Assembly (NCBI GenBank): GCA_030141605.1
Contig: JAQGDQ010000052.1
Span: forward strand, 760,700 to 824,699
DNA length: 64,000 nucleotides
From: Tubiluchus corallicola
Taxonomy: Eukaryota > Animalia > Priapulida
Reading direction: 5' to 3'
The notes under the pieces are model-generated. The model did no database searches. It was not told the DNA's origin and worked only from the letters and a program-made list of their open reading frames with translations. Numbering within the stretch: position 1 is the stretch's first letter; each line of letters opens with the position of its first letter. The position numbers and the translations under genes are program-made. Positions 25,813 through 39,940 of the stretch are shown piece after piece.

Positions 25813-26363
25813 ATAGCTGTACCAAAATCGCAAGACAGACCTACACCCATAATGACGCTACTGTGTTTGGCGCTAACGCATTACGAAACGCTTATTGAAA
25901 CAACTTCATTAGGCTTATTTTTAAATAGAGTCACTAAATCGTTTAGGTATAAAATTGGTGAGCAAAATACACATTGCTGTCAATGTAATAATGCAATTCT
26001 TAAAACACCAGAACACATTGTATTTTACTGCGATTTAGCACACTCCCTATTTCAAATTAAGTTAAGGCAGATTGTGCCTTCAGCCAACGTAAGCGAGATT
26101 TATCTAAAAAGAGATGAAGATATGTGCCGGCCGTATGCAAATTGATTTTAGTTATATTTACAGAAAACACGTACTGCGTTAAAATGAAGCCATTATATAA
26201 ATTATAGTATATTATAATATGTATATATTTTAAATTTATTGTTAATATGCGTTGTGAATGTTATATTAGTGCTTTTGGTGTACAAAAGATTATATAAAAG
26301 TAAAATAGCCAAGCCAAGGCTTAACTACTGCTAAAGTATGCATGTATGTCTCTGCAACGTTTG

Positions 26364-26367
<4 letters not shown>

Positions 26368-26447
<80 letters not shown>

Positions 26448-26517
26448 TAACAACAACAACAATAACAACAACAACAACAACAACAATAATAATAATAATA
26501 ATAATAATAACAATAAT
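26368..26517. repeat. (AAT)/(AAC) microsatellite
   Basis: Direct reading. Confidence 0.97.
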
Positions 26518-26569
26518 CTCCGTCTTTCTCTTTCTCTAATCAGTTTGGTTATGTAGAAAAACTTGGCAG

Positions 26570-27710
26570 TGAAATTTGCATAAACACATTAAATGAAATC
26601 ATTGACTACTACATTAGTCGTGATAGCTCTGTTCACATTGTTTTTATCGATGCGTCAAAGGCATTTCATAGGGTTAATTTCTTGAAGCTTTTTCTCAAAC
26701 TCACAGAGACTTCAATCCCGAATATTGTAATCCGCTTGCTCACATTTTATTACACGCAACAAGGCATGTCTGTCAGGTGGGAACATAGCCAGTCTACAAC
26801 TTCTAATATTGGAAGTTTCTTACAATTTTTCTTACACCTTTTCTTACAATTTTTATTTTGAAGATCTAAGTGTTAAGCTTTCATCCACCCAACTTGGTTG
26901 CAATCTCTCGAACATGGTTATGAACCACCTAATGTACGGTGATGATGTTTGTTTGTTAGCAACAACGATTACGGCCCTACAGCAACTACTAGACGTGTAT
27001 AAATTGTATGCTGAACAGTATGACATAAAAATCAATGTAGCTAAAACTAAACTTATGTCTGTTAATTCAAACATCATGAGAAATTTACGTTTGGTAACAT
27101 CAAACTAGATAATAATGTTTTACGTACCTGTGATAATGAAAAATATTTGGGACATATTATTTCAAATGATAACTGAGATGACCTTGACATTGTTAATCAA
27201 AGATGCTTATACTACTGTCGTACAAACCAACTTATTAGAAAATTCAGCTATTGTTCTGTTGATGTTAAAAGATATCTATTTAATGCTTACTGTAATACAT
27301 TCTATTGCTTGTCTACTTGGAGACATTTTAATAATAATTCCAATATCTTAAAACTTAAAATTACGCACAATGTGTCAAAAAGATTATTTTTTGGATAAGC
27401 ATATGATTACAGTGCTCGTGAGATGAGTGTTGAAATTCGCGTGATGTATTTTGATGTATTACGTAGAAAATCTGTCTTAAGTTTTAATGAAAAGATTTGA
27501 TACTACGTGTAGTGATAATTTAATGCGCCTGAAAATTTTTACATCGCCCATAAGACAGCTATGGTGGAGACTATTGTTGTCATTTTCATGTTTATTTAAG
27601 TTTGCGTGTGATTTGTTTGTATTGGTTTTTTGTTTTTATGATGTTGTACGTTATATATATGTAAATTATAATATGAAATTATGTTTAAAATAAAGAATTA
27701 AATTAAATCA
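26570..27710 (+). mobile_element. 5'-truncated, decayed LINE reverse transcriptase with 3' tail
   Basis: FIDASKAFHRV, NHLMYGDDVCLLA, INVAKTKLM and KYLGHII across frameshifts; AATAAA plus ATTAA repeats at the end. Confidence 0.88.
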
Positions 27711-27715
27711 AAATT

Positions 27716-27887
<172 letters not shown>

Positions 27888-28137
27888 CAATGTGTGTGTT
27901 TGTAGGATAGATAGACAAACGCTAACACATTTAATTTCCCATTGCCTCTTACTATCAACATGTCTACAATAACTAATGAAAATAGCTATGCAAAGTTGAT
28001 TTAAAAGATACAAACTGCTATGGAGACAAGAATGCTTGTTGTGCACTTATAAATGTTGCTAAAGATTTGATCACAAAAGTATTAAAATCTTTAGAAATTT
28101 GTTAAATAATTCTTTCTCTTTTTGTGTCTTGTAATAG

Positions 28138-28330
28138 GTGATTATATGTACGTAAGTGGAAATAGTTTCCAACCCGGAAACGCGTCACTGATATCACCAT
28201 TCAATGATCAGGAATTATTCGATGCCCGAAATTTTCGTACAAATTCATGTCGGAGGAAAGTTTTCGGCTAGAAGTTCTACTAGAAGCTGATACAGTTGAA
28301 GAAACCCTCCTCTGGAACTCTTCTGAGTTA
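28138..28330 (+). pseudogene. MAM-domain gene, next exon, frameshifted near 28215 (3' boundary uncertain)
   Basis: Polypyrimidine tract plus TAG acceptor, phase 1; reads GDYMYVSGNSFQPGNASLISP, then in a shifted frame IRCPKFSYKFM..RLEVLL..TLLWN, which continues the MAM pattern. Confidence 0.65.
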
Positions 28331-29125
28331 GTTGTGCTATGCCTTCAACCGTTTAACAGGGATGAGAATTTTCCTTGAATACGCTGTATTCCGAGTTTTT
28401 GGAAGACCAGTAGTGCCATTTTTGTAAATCTTTACGGATCCAGTGCATTATTTCACAAGCTGATCGCTAGTTGGCAGGCCGTCACTTTGTTTACATCACG
28501 TACATCAGTGTAACCACGTGTATGTCTCTATGTATAAAGATATAGAATCAATTGTGTGAAGTTATTTGAGTCCATTGCAGACAGTTTTTATAAACCTTTG
28601 CATAGGAGCGACCAGTACTTAGGCGTCTTTGAGACAATTAGGTATCATGTATCCTTGATAGTTGGATATTTTAAATTATGCATGAAACAAGGTAATTGAT
28701 ATTTTAAGTCCAGTTGGAGGCTCTCCATGGTCACAAAATTACAATTTGTTGCTTTGCCTCCCTGGAACCCCCATATGGGCCTACGCGGCTCCCACATCCC
28801 CGGCCTATTTCAGAGTTTTTTTGCAATTTGACAATCTGATCTGTGCTTTAACACCTCTTTACAAACTGATAAGACAGAACTGTCTCTCGCAAAATTAACT
28901 AGAGCTTAAATTCTTGCTGCTTCTTTATACCTACAAATATAGTTCGATATTTTCTAAAAGCACTTTTCTAAAAACTTTATAGTTTTTTTTTCGGTAGCAG
29001 ATCCAAATAAAGACGCATGTTTCGATTTTAATTATTATTAAGCGGTTGCCTGTCATTATAATTACTATTCTGTACTGTAATTTACCGTTTGTGTAGGTAC
29101 AATCATCGCCGATTTGTGGAATTCA

Positions 29126-29135
29126 TTCTCTCTCT

Positions 29136-29197
<62 letters not shown>

Positions 29198-29432
29198 GCT
29201 GGTTTGAGCAAATAATTCCAACCAGGTCACCAATAGTTTGCGCAAGGCTGGCACTCACTTACGCACGCAAGCACACACATACACGCACGAACACATCCAT
29301 ACGCACGCACGCACGCGCAGGCACGCACAGACACGCGCGCGCACACACGCACGCAAACACACACACACACACACACAAACACACACCCACACACACACAC
29401 ACACACATACACTCCCTCTCTCACTCACTCAC
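29126..29432. repeat. (CT)n and (CA/CG)n microsatellite cluster
   Basis: Direct reading. Confidence 0.95.
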
Positions 29433-29849
29433 TTACGCAGAGTTTAGACAGTTTTGTCACAGCCCTATACAATAGTGCTCTCATTTTTATCGTACTAATT
29501 AAATTTCTAGAATTAAGATTGCTAAGTTAAGCAGAGTAGCGCCAATGAGTTTCATTTTGTAGTGCTAAGTGAAAAGTTCATTTTGTTTATGTATGTAATT
29601 ATTATCTCTCAGGCTAGTATAGTAGTGCCATCTACTGTCAACTTTGTTTATCAAAGAAAGAAACCAGGGACATGAACTTGACAGGTGTGCTTCCTTATTT
29701 GGCAAGTTTGACCACCAATCCTGAGTGATGATAAATAGGACATTCACAGCTGCTACTCTTTATAACCCGTTTGATTGGTCAGATTTAGGTGACCTTTACA
29801 TGATATGCAGCCATTCAGCTGAGAGCAAACAGGTTTTACATTTATAGTA

Positions 29850-30855
29850 AAAATCGATGAAGTTCCAATAAATCAAGTAAAATATACTAAGTTCTTAGGC
29901 ATCATCATTGATGAACACTTAACTTGGCAAGAACATCTTAGATTTATCGAAAGCAAAATCTCAAAAATCATAGGCATTATATATAGAGTTAGACACAAAT
30001 TGCCTAGCTCAGTACTTGTATTATTATATAATTCTCTTTTTTTACCATATCTAAATAATTCGAACATTATTTGGGGAAGCACATACTCCAGTCGATTGAA
30101 AAAAATTCATCTGATTCAGAAGAAAATAGTGCGAGCTATAACATTTGCCGGTTATCAGGACCATACACAGCCAATATTTAAAAGACTAAAACTTTCTAAA
30201 CATTTACGACATTAATAAGTTCCAAACTGCCATTTTCATGTACAAATTCTCTCATAAATTATTGCCTCCCTTATTTACTGATTATTTTTGTTTGAATGCT
30301 GAGATACATAATTACGGCACACGTTATAGGCTGCACTATCACTACATACAGTGTAACACTAATGTTAGAAAATTTTCTATTAAATACAATGGCCCTTACA
30401 TATGGAATTCAATTGCTCCAGCTATTAAAAATGTCAACTCGCTTTCCATATTTAAAAAAATATATAAATTAAACTTACTCGAAACATATAACTGATGACT
30501 CAATCATGATTTGTTGTTTTCTTTTTCAAAAACTGTATAGTAAAATAAAATTTTTAATACTTCCCACCCGTATTTATATTTATATTTGTATATATTGTAA
30601 TGTTGTATCTATGTTGTATATGTAATGTTGTATATTGTAATGTTGTATATTGTAATGTTGTAATGTTGTATATATTGCAATTTTTTTCGTAATTCTAGTG
30701 GCCTACCATAAGCTAGCTTCCTAGGTCTCTAGCGCAGTATACATGAATTTTATCATATTTTTGTATTAACAAAACCTGATGCACATGTAATGTAATGTGA
30801 TGTATATGTATATGTTTAATGCGAAATAAATCTATTAAAATCTAAATCTAAAAAA
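29850..30855 (+). mobile_element. 5'-truncated CR1/L2-group LINE 3' end
   Basis: KFLGIIIDEHLTWQEH..ISKIIGII..LYNSLFLPYL..IIWG, H.YGTR, GPYIWNSI; AATAAA plus ATCTAA tail. Confidence 0.88.
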
Positions 30856-31012
30856 CGAGGCCAGAGAGTAGGGTGTGAAAGGAGTGTGGCTTTACAATAT
30901 GGTTGCTCTACTTGAGTTTTATCAGTTCTTAGTTTAAAGGACAATATTGCATTTATTAATGGCATTTCCTCAGCAGAAACAGAGTACTTTTACAATGGTT
31001 ATACTCAGTCTT

Positions 31013-31686
31013 TGTGATCCTGGGCTGTCCGTCATTTAGGAAGCCCCTAGAGACTTTGTCGTTTATGGTGGAGGAGACCAGGTCGTGAAATGGACTATTG
31101 GTAGTTCTCAGAGAGCCAGCCTGTGGTCGGTCTTCCTGTCAGTGTCTTCAGATACGCCGGACTTGATACAGCGCATTCCTCAGTCGATGAAGTTAATGCC
31201 ACGCCTGATGTTATCTAATTGCCTGTTTGAGAAAGTTACCGTTTGGGAAGCCTGCCGTCAGAGTGTTCCAGTACACGCCGCCGTCGACAGCGACAGTGAC
31301 GAGGTTAAGCTAGCTAGCCAACGTGTGCACAGAGACTCACGATAAGCACTGTTTATGGTGTTTGTGATACATTTAAAATCCCGGGTAAAGTTTAAGACAG
31401 TAGCTAAACTATAATTTGTAGTATGTATTTGTTTATTATATCTCCAATGTGTTTTTCTTATGTTAAATAATATTGAGTTTATAGCTGATTGGTCGTTTGT
31501 CTATCTGTTCTGACAATGTTAGATTCTCGCGTTAAGGAAGCTCGCCAGGGACTCACAGCCTTAGATCAAATAAAGCTTGCTGTTTCTTTAAGTATTTATG
31601 GTGCGTTAGCACCAGTGTTATAGTGATAATCTTGCCATCCTGACATAAACACATTTACAGCATTTTAGACCAAACGGATTATCACA
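31013..31686 (+). mobile_element. 5' LTR (674 bp) of a Gypsy element
   Basis: TGTGAT...ATCACA inverted ends, followed 1 nt later by a PBS. Confidence 0.82.
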
Positions 31687-31687
31687 G

Positions 31688-31698
31688 TGGTGTCAGAA
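31688..31698 (+). other. Primer binding site (tRNA-Leu-like)
   Basis: TGGTGTCAGAA 1 nt after the LTR end; the tRNA identity is recalled from similar Gypsy PBSs, not searched. Confidence 0.7.
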
Positions 31699-32289
31699 TT
31701 TTTGCTGTGTCTGACCTCATTTACACTTCCTGTTCAGCGAGTATTTTAACGTTATCAGAACGTCTGTTTTGACTGGCGCTACTCGATATTTTAAGGTATA
31801 GAAGCCATACTAGGTAGGTTTGCAGTAGTAAGCTAAAGTTAAAGCAAATATAATATTTTACTTGCTTGAATTGCTGTAGTGAAAACTTTTCTTTCGGTCG
31901 AGAAAAACGTTTATTTTCGTTAAACAGGTCAAGAATAATTTATCACAAAACTTTTATTTGGAGGAGGCATGAGACGCTTGCTTCCTAAAGCTGCTATATG
32001 AACAGCGCAGAATTATTTGGCTTCATTGCTGCGCTGTTAGTGTTAGTTTTGTTTAAATTATTCTTGCTGGTCAATTCTTAATAGCATAAACTGCGTAACT
32101 TGGTACTGCGTGAGTAGTTAGAAGTTGACCTTGAATGATTGTCAGAGCGATTGATCTTTGCCGCTCTTGTGTGGAGGCGTGACTGTAATATAGCAATCAC
32201 AACTCCTGCTGTGTAAATAAACAAATAAATACTTTTATTGCTCCATTCCAGTACAACTATTAAAACATAGAACAATAATAATAATATTA

Positions 32290-34684
32290 ATGGCGGAGCA
32301 TGCACGATATTCTCTAGCTCAGATGACACAAATGAAAAGAGATGACTTGTTTGAAGTTGCCAGAAAATTAGGCCTAGATTTTGAGTCCTCACTTACTCGT
32401 GCTCAGCTGATGGAACGAATTTATGAAGTCGCAGGTCTCCGTACTACTGTTGAGGAAGTTGATAAAGCGGGAGACAACTTCAGACCCTGAAAGTGACCCC
32501 GAGGCGGATCCAGGTTCTGGTGGACCAACTGGGATGCCTGTTCAGCAGAAATATGCACAGATGGGAGAGAGTAGAGATTTAAGCGTAAAGCCCAAGTCTT
32601 TGGGCACTACAAAACCTACAATGGGGACGCCTGTTGCAGGCTATAGTGCTCATAGTTCTGTTTTGGATGCCACTGCTCATACTCCGCCCCCTTTGCTGTT
32701 TCGCGATGCAACGATGGCTGAACAGTCTCTCCATGCACCTCCCCCTGGATATAGCATGCCAGACGTCTCTTTGGAAGCTTTGTCCGCTGTAACAGATAAC
32801 CCAGCTCAAGTTTTACTCCAGCTTCAGCAACTCCGAGCTGAACAAGTGCGAGATGAGCGTAGATTAGCGGAAATGCAACTTGAGATGAAAAAGTTGGAAT
32901 TTTCTGCAGTACACGCTGCGTGGTCAAACCCTGCTCATGGTTCTGCCATTAACTCAAGCTTGGATGCGCCCAATATCTCGACTGCTAATGTAATAAAACG
33001 TCTCACGTTTCGCATGTATGACGAAACAACGGAGGATATTGAGATTTTCTTGGACTGTTTTGCACAGTCAGCTACTGCTAATGCTATTCCTCAGGAATGC
33101 TGGGCTGCGTCCTTAGGCCCTGTTCTAACTGGAAAAGCTGCCATAGCTTACCAGCAGGTCCCACCTGAGCAACTACGAAATTATCCTGTTGTGAGACAAG
33201 CTGTGCTGTCTGCATATTTTCTGAGCCCGCACATTTACCTGAATCGGTTTAGAGCCATTGCAAAGCAGAATAATGAGAATTATAAGCAGTTGTTTCAGCG
33301 TTTAGAAAGAGGATGGAACACATATCTCAATGCAATTGAAGTCGAGTCTTTCGAAGGCGTAAATGAAGCCATTGTAATCGAACAAGGATTGCATTGCATG
33401 CCTAAAGAGCTTGCAACTTGGTTAAAGATGCAGCCTGACACGCTGAAGTCTATTAACAAAATGGCAGAAAGAGCTGATCAGTATATTGCGGCCACTGGTG
33501 GTTTATCAACCGTGAAAACAGGACAGCAGTCTCAACGTACGTTTAATAAGCCAACAAGTAGACAGTTAAGCAATGCTTCTCCTGGTAAAAGTGGAGTTGG
33601 TAACCAGAGTAGTTTCGGTGGTATTAGAGGATCAAGTACTGCTAGAATTCACTGTTTTAAATGTGGAAAACCCGGCCATCGTCGTAGTGAATGCAAAATG
33701 TCTTCGTCTATGCCTAACAGCTGGAGAATTCCACAAAAATCTGGTAACCAATTTTATGGTAAGGCGGCTGAACGCACCAAATCATATGAGAGCATGGAAA
33801 GTGTACCGGATCACACGTTACCCTATCGCTTCTCGGCTCGCATTAACGGCATCAAAGTGACAAGATGCCAGCGTGATACTGGTGCCAGCATCAGCGTCGT
33901 TCTACCCCAATGTGTTAGACCTGATCAGTATTTGGATAGAGCACCCCAATGTATCTTGTGCTTTTGTGGCCAATCAAATAACTGCAAGATGGCAGAAGTC
34001 GAAATAGAGGGACCTGACTTCTCTGGTCTTTTGACTGTTGGTGTAAACCCAACCTTACCCATGGATTTCTTGTTGGGCAATGATTTTGAGTCTGCACTAC
34101 GGCCCTTTCCAAACTCGAGCGAAGTTTGTTCAGGAGCTCAAAGCTCTAAAAAGGGAAAGCTCAGGGTAGTGTCTGCCCCCAAGAAGGAAAATGGAAGCAC
34201 CACAGACAGTTCAAACACTGTTAGTGATACTGATGGGAACAATTTTTCTGGCGAGACTAAAACAGCTTTTGCAATTACTCGCTCTAAAGCTGCACAACGT
34301 AAAACGGAGGCTGAAAGAGATGTCCATTTGCAACAACAAGCATTTGCTCCAGTTGATGTCATTGGTCAAGTCAAATCGCACTCCAGCAAGCCAGCTAGCA
34401 CCGGCTTATTGAATTTAGAACTAGATCAGTTGCGAAAAGAGCAAGCAGAAGATGTCAGTATCAGGAATCTAATTGACAATGCAGTCACAGGAAAGAAGGC
34501 ATTGTCTGCCGGCAAAGGCTACTTTTTGCGGGATGGCATCCTTTACTATCTCTCTCATGACAGGAAAGCTGCAAACCCGCGTTCACTTTTAGTTCTGCCC
34601 AAGGGACGGAGAAAGGAAGTGCTCAGTCTTGCCCATGATAACAAACTCTCAGGACATTTTGGAATTAACAAACGGATTATCACA
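32290..34684 (+). mobile_element. Gmr1-type Gypsy gag-protease-integrase(N), frameshifted near 32465 and deleted 3' of the integrase Zn-finger histidines
   Basis: Capsid/SCAN-like LTGKAAIAY..Y.VVRQAVL; CCHC knuckle CFKCGKPGHRRSEC; protease RDTGASISVV..LLGND; AITRS; then LAHDNKLSGHFGINK (integrase H-H) with no RT in between. Confidence 0.9.
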
Positions 34685-34722
34685 AGTTTCAGACGGGCGG
34701 ATTAAGAATTATGCTAATAAGA

Positions 34723-34925
34723 TTGGGCCCTAAATTTTGATAGGTCTTCAGTGTCCTGAAACCGACGACCAATAAAACTATTTTCGACAGGATAACAAAA
34801 TTATAAAATTGAATTTACTAACGCCTTGGGCCCTAAATTTTGATAGGTCTTCAGTGTCCTGAAACCGACGACCAATAAAACTATTTTCGACAGGATAACA
34901 AAATTATAAAATTGAATTTACTAAC
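34723..34925. repeat. Direct duplication with 103-bp period
   Basis: TTGGGCCCTAAATTTTGATAGG...GAATTTACTAACG starts at 34723 and again at 34826. Confidence 0.95.
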
Positions 34926-36566
34926 GGAGCAATAAATTTTCTTTGAAGACCCGCAGGACGCCACTAAGACGTTTTTCTACGTTGTTTTTCGTGGACGAGC
35001 AAAAATGACAATTTTTTAGAGGTTTTTCGTCCGCCATTCCTTAAAACAGCGTACACGAAAAACGTTTTAGTGGCACTTGATTGAGTTTTTTGGAGGGAAA
35101 ATTATAACTGAAAGAGGAAACCTGGGCTATGCAATGATGTGGGTCTCTTTTACTAATGCCTTTATCAGAATGAAGGGCTGTGAGTTAGTCTTGAGTGCTT
35201 ATATGTTGAGGGTTTTGAGGTCCTTCTTTTAGTGATAGCCTTAGGCCCATGAGACCCTTAATCCACCCCTTCAATTTAATAAAGAAAAGTTTTAATGTGA
35301 AGTATGTAATGTAGAGCTGGTGCTTCTCAAGCCTCCTCGACTAGTCAGTGATGAAGCTCTTTTTATTGTCAGGAGGCGGGGAAAAGATGGGTGAGTAGCT
35401 AACGTAATCAGCTGAGATAAAAATATGTTTAGTTTAGTTTACGGTACGACTTCTTCCTGTACACAATAAAGAAAATGATAATTCGTAAATTTTCTATATC
35501 AAAAGATAATTCTCACTCTACGTTTCAGAATCTAAATTTTACAACACGTATTGCCAATTTGTTATGGATGAAGATAACAATCTTTACGCACGCAAAATCG
35601 CAAAGACGAACGGGTCACGAAAAAGAGGCTAATTAATTAGTCCTCTTCATAATCTTGTAAAGCACGCGACATTTGAATTAAAGAGTGAAAAGTCCTTTTG
35701 GCGACGGGTAAGACGGAAAGCTCGATTTGAGTGCACACTAACATATTGAACAACACCAAGGGTTGGAGAATATAACTTAACTCACTTTGGCATAACGTAA
35801 TCAGATCTCAATTACCCCATTTCAGGTGCGTCGTGCTACTTCTTAAAATCGAAACTGACTGATTCATGTTTGCCCCACAGGAGACAGGAACGAATCTTCG
35901 AAATGTGTAATCAAACCTAGATAGAAAACGAGATACATACATTTTCTCCTCATCAGCCTACACAAACAAGGAATTTATTAAAAAAAATAAAAGCTGAATT
36001 AATTTTTACGTAATTTGTGAAAACTTTTCTTTTATTGTGCATACTAACGTTGTAACTAGAGTCCTTGCTCACGTCATACAAAATTCATACTTGAAAAGAC
36101 AAAAAGAAATCTATAAACAATAACTGGTGTTTTGTGTAAATTTTGCTACAACTGATTGGTATTCTTGTACTATACGTGCCATGGCGTATTTCATTCAAAT
36201 TTTGTAATCAGTACGCATTAAAGAACTATTTTTGCCTTTGTATGAGTCGTATAGGGGCTGTTCTGGTTTAAAGGGTTTTGTTAGAAAATCAGCCTAGCCA
36301 GCCAGCCTAGACTGTAAGGTACGAAATACGCCGTTAGCCGAAGTAAGACACACTCAATTCGTGACCTGCCTTTATATATAGTGGCCTACTTGGGCTGCCC
36401 ATGTATGATGCGTCCTACTTGGGTTAGCCCATATACGGCAATTGTTCTACTTCGGCTAGTATCCTACTTCGCTCCCTACGTAGACAACAAACGTAACTTT
36501 GAAACACTGGTGTGTGTTTTTGGATAATTCATTTCGATTATTTTTTTTCGATACGAAACCCCATAA

Positions 36567-36780
36567 ATTGCCTATGAGCTCTGACGCATAATGTAATCCG
36601 GTCACTACTGTGTAGTCAAAGCTGCTTTCCATCCAGTAAGTTCATAAGAGAATTATGCAGTTGTTTTTTTTCAATATGAAACTCCACATTTGCCTATGGG
36701 CACTGACGCATAATGTAATCCGATCACCACTGTGTAGTCAAAGCGAAAGTTCCATCCAATAAGTGTGTACGAGAATTATT
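36567..36780. repeat. Diverged direct duplication, period ~122 bp
   Basis: TTGCCTATG..CTGACGCATAATGTAATCCG..TGTGTAGTCAAAGC..TTCCATCCA occurs twice. Confidence 0.85.
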
Positions 36781-38539
36781 CATAGGTCTTCCCAGTCAAA
36801 TGTAAACGTTCGCTAACATCAGATCTGACATAGTTCATTCAAAAATGACAATACAAACCTCCTTGTGACATAGGCCAGCTAAATGTGACAATTGGTCATC
36901 CGAATGTAGATAATAGTCACTTCAAGTTCGTCTTGGCACTTCAAATGTGATATAGGTATCAAAATGTGACAAAAGATTTGAAAACAAAGAAAATATTGCT
37001 TTTAGGATCTTTTAATTTGATAGCTCTTACGAGAAATGGCACCTATGTTATTGTAATGCAATTGAGTTCTATAATAAAATTAGAATGCGCTAAGTAGGAA
37101 GCAGATCTCCGCAGAAGCCGAACAATAACAATCCTAAACTTATTCGTTTAGTTCTTGTGATTAAAAATTGCGCAGGTAAAAATTATGATAAAACAAAGAC
37201 AAACAAGCAAACATACAAAAATATACCTGTATTGGTATTATATAGACTATCTTAAAGACTCAAAGATATTTTATTCCTTAAAATAGAATTAAAATTAATA
37301 ATGCACGAATGTTCACATAGTGTTTTTGTACCTTTCTTTAACCATTAATTTAGGCGATGATAATAGACAGACATACACACGTATTTACATACCAAGTCAG
37401 CTTACAAGGCTATATGCATTAATAAGAAAAGGTTATAGACAGCGTTTTCAAGCATGGATTTCTCGAAATGGGACCTGAAACCAACTCGTAGTTCTTTGTC
37501 CTGGTTTAGATAATTAAAAAAGAAATACAAATACTAAAAGCTAAACGATGTGCTTCACGAATGTTTTTTGCATGTGGTGTTCGGTCAAGTTTTGTAAGAA
37601 AAAACGAATATATTTTGGCACCCGGCACCCGGCTTCCCCACAAAGCAAATTTTGTGGAAATCTGCCCTGTAGTTTTTGAGTAATATTTTTACTTTACGTT
37701 TTTACTTTACAACGACTTCACTTGCTGCGCTCGCATTGTTGACCTTGAACTTCTCTAGTTCACCGTTGACCTTGAAGCATGTCTATCTGCTGCTTGGGGG
37801 TTCGATATGCTCATCAATTGTACATGATTAACTTGATTGTTTAAATTTTCGGTGATACGATTAATCTCATTGATTCTCTTCTTAAACTAATATACGCTAA
37901 TCTTATTAACTTAATCGCTCAGGACTTGACCTAATTCTGCGTTGAGTTAATTCAGCGCTCAGTGAAAAACATCACATAATGTTATAGTTAATGATTTACC
38001 CTAGTTTCTTGCTGGATTTGCTAAAGCACAAATTATAATCTTTTCTTTTTTCATACATGGGTGTTAGCAATTTAAGGTTTACTGGTGTTGATATCATTTC
38101 TCACTAAATTCAGTTTAAAGTTTGGAATGTAAGTTTTACATTAAACAGTTAGAAATCAGAATGAGTTTAATTATGTTCATCATTTCAGTTCAACGAAACT
38201 TTAATCTCAGTTGTCTCAGTTATCAAAGTTATCATACGCAAAGAAAACTGTGGTATATCGGGATTTTTTTTGCAGTAATGGGTCGTATCAAATGGGTTCC
38301 GAAAATTAAGTATCGACATCGTATCGAAACGGAAAAAACCAATACAGGTACGAACACTAGCAAATAGTAATTATAACCATAAGCTGATACAATTTACGTA
38401 TAATAGGATTAATTTGTTAATTATTAGTAACTATAACACATGCATAAACCTGATACGCAGGTACCATTATACTTTATTATACTATTATACAAGAAAAATT
38501 AAAAAAAGAGTGTAGTGGGGACCGTGGGGAAGGGGTTGG

Positions 38540-39940
38540 TCGTTGAGGGCGTCGAATTACCTAGAGCCGGCCCTGGAAAAAACCATTGTAGACCACAAAA
38601 ATTCCTTTGAAGATTGTCGTGTAGCTGTTGGGGAGTCTAATGGAAACTCCGATGAAATTGTCAAGACACCAGAGAATTTCGCAGGCGTTACGGGAGATGC
38701 TAGTGAAACAAGATGGAAGACAGAAGCGTGTAGTGCATTTTGTTGATGAAACGGCAAATGATCCAGTTTTTGTGAATTTAGGGTAATATATAGAACTAAT
38801 GTGCAGAGTTAAAAAAGGGACCCAAATGGAAGAGCCTATGTGCAGCATATGCATGAATCAAACACTTCATAACTGAAATGTCAGGATTGCACTGCCAAGA
38901 AGCCAGATGAAAGACTGCAGCTGGCTAGAGAAGAAGGGCTGTGCTTCAGATGCTTAAAGCCCAGTCGTAGAAGCGATGAGTGCCCACCTGAACAAGAGAT
39001 GCAATGTCCGACAAAGGAATCATTCCACTTTCTTACACCTGAGTAAGAATGAGCAAGAGAAGCAGGGTGATGAAAATAGCAACTTGATAGAAAGCAACAC
39101 TGGAGGCAAATGTAGGACCTCTATTGATACATTGAGAGGAATACTGTACGCAAATGATTATCCTGCCCAATGTAAATGTTCTTGTGCACTGAGAACACCA
39201 CTCGTGATTCTTGCTTTGTTGGGCACTGGAAGCACAAATACATTCTGTACTGTACAGCTAACCACTAAGGGGACATAAATGGAAATGATATTGCTTTACT
39301 ATCATTGCAACTTTAGAAAGAGACGACAGTGAATTTACAGCCAAGGTGGAGAATTTGCAAGTAATGAGTATAGAAAGCGAAGAATGCATAACACTTTCTG
39401 TAGTATACATCAGACCTACGTTGAGACTAAAGCCAGAAGACCTGCTCGATTGTAAGGATCTAAAAATGGCCACACTTGGATGGTATGCCCTTGGCCTCTG
39501 GTGTTCGGAGAGCCTGAACAGGTCATTATAATGCGCACCAGGGCTAGGATTCTTTTTGAGGTGAGAACAAGGTCAAGGGATGCTCATTAGACGTCCAATG
39601 AGGTGCCTTAAAGTGATCACTTAATGGGCCATTAGTGTACAAGCGCCCTCGTTCTTGTTCACAGAAGTGTTTTCTCGTATTAGCAACAGCTTTCCTAGTA
39701 TTGCCAAAACTTGCTTTTGGTGACACTAGAGTATAATTAGGAAAAGAGCCTGAGACGTAATTTCTTTTATGTTTAGTTAGTTCAATTAAATTTGTGAAGT
39801 TATTTAAATCCGACCAGATACTTCAGTTTGTGAATTCGATTTGTGAATTTTTTGAAAGCAAGTCCGACCAACGGGTGATCTTTTTCTTAGTTGTTAATAT
39901 TTTCCTTGTTATTTCTCTTTAGAATAAACGAGTTTGGAAC
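38540..39940 (+). mobile_element. Heavily decayed BEL/Pao LTR retrotransposon (gag knuckles, protease, possible LTR remnant)
   Basis: CSIC..H, RLQLAREEGLCFRCLKP....EC, HSTFLH, ALLGTGSTNTFCT (D>G protease motif), TLGWYALG; AATAAA..AACA near 39925-39940. Confidence 0.75.

Noticed and set aside
25852-26145. 97-aa ORF with C..C....TPEHIVFYC as a host gene
   Set aside because: The motif resembles the C-terminal Zn knuckle of L1/Tx1 LINEs; probably a relic, too short to call.
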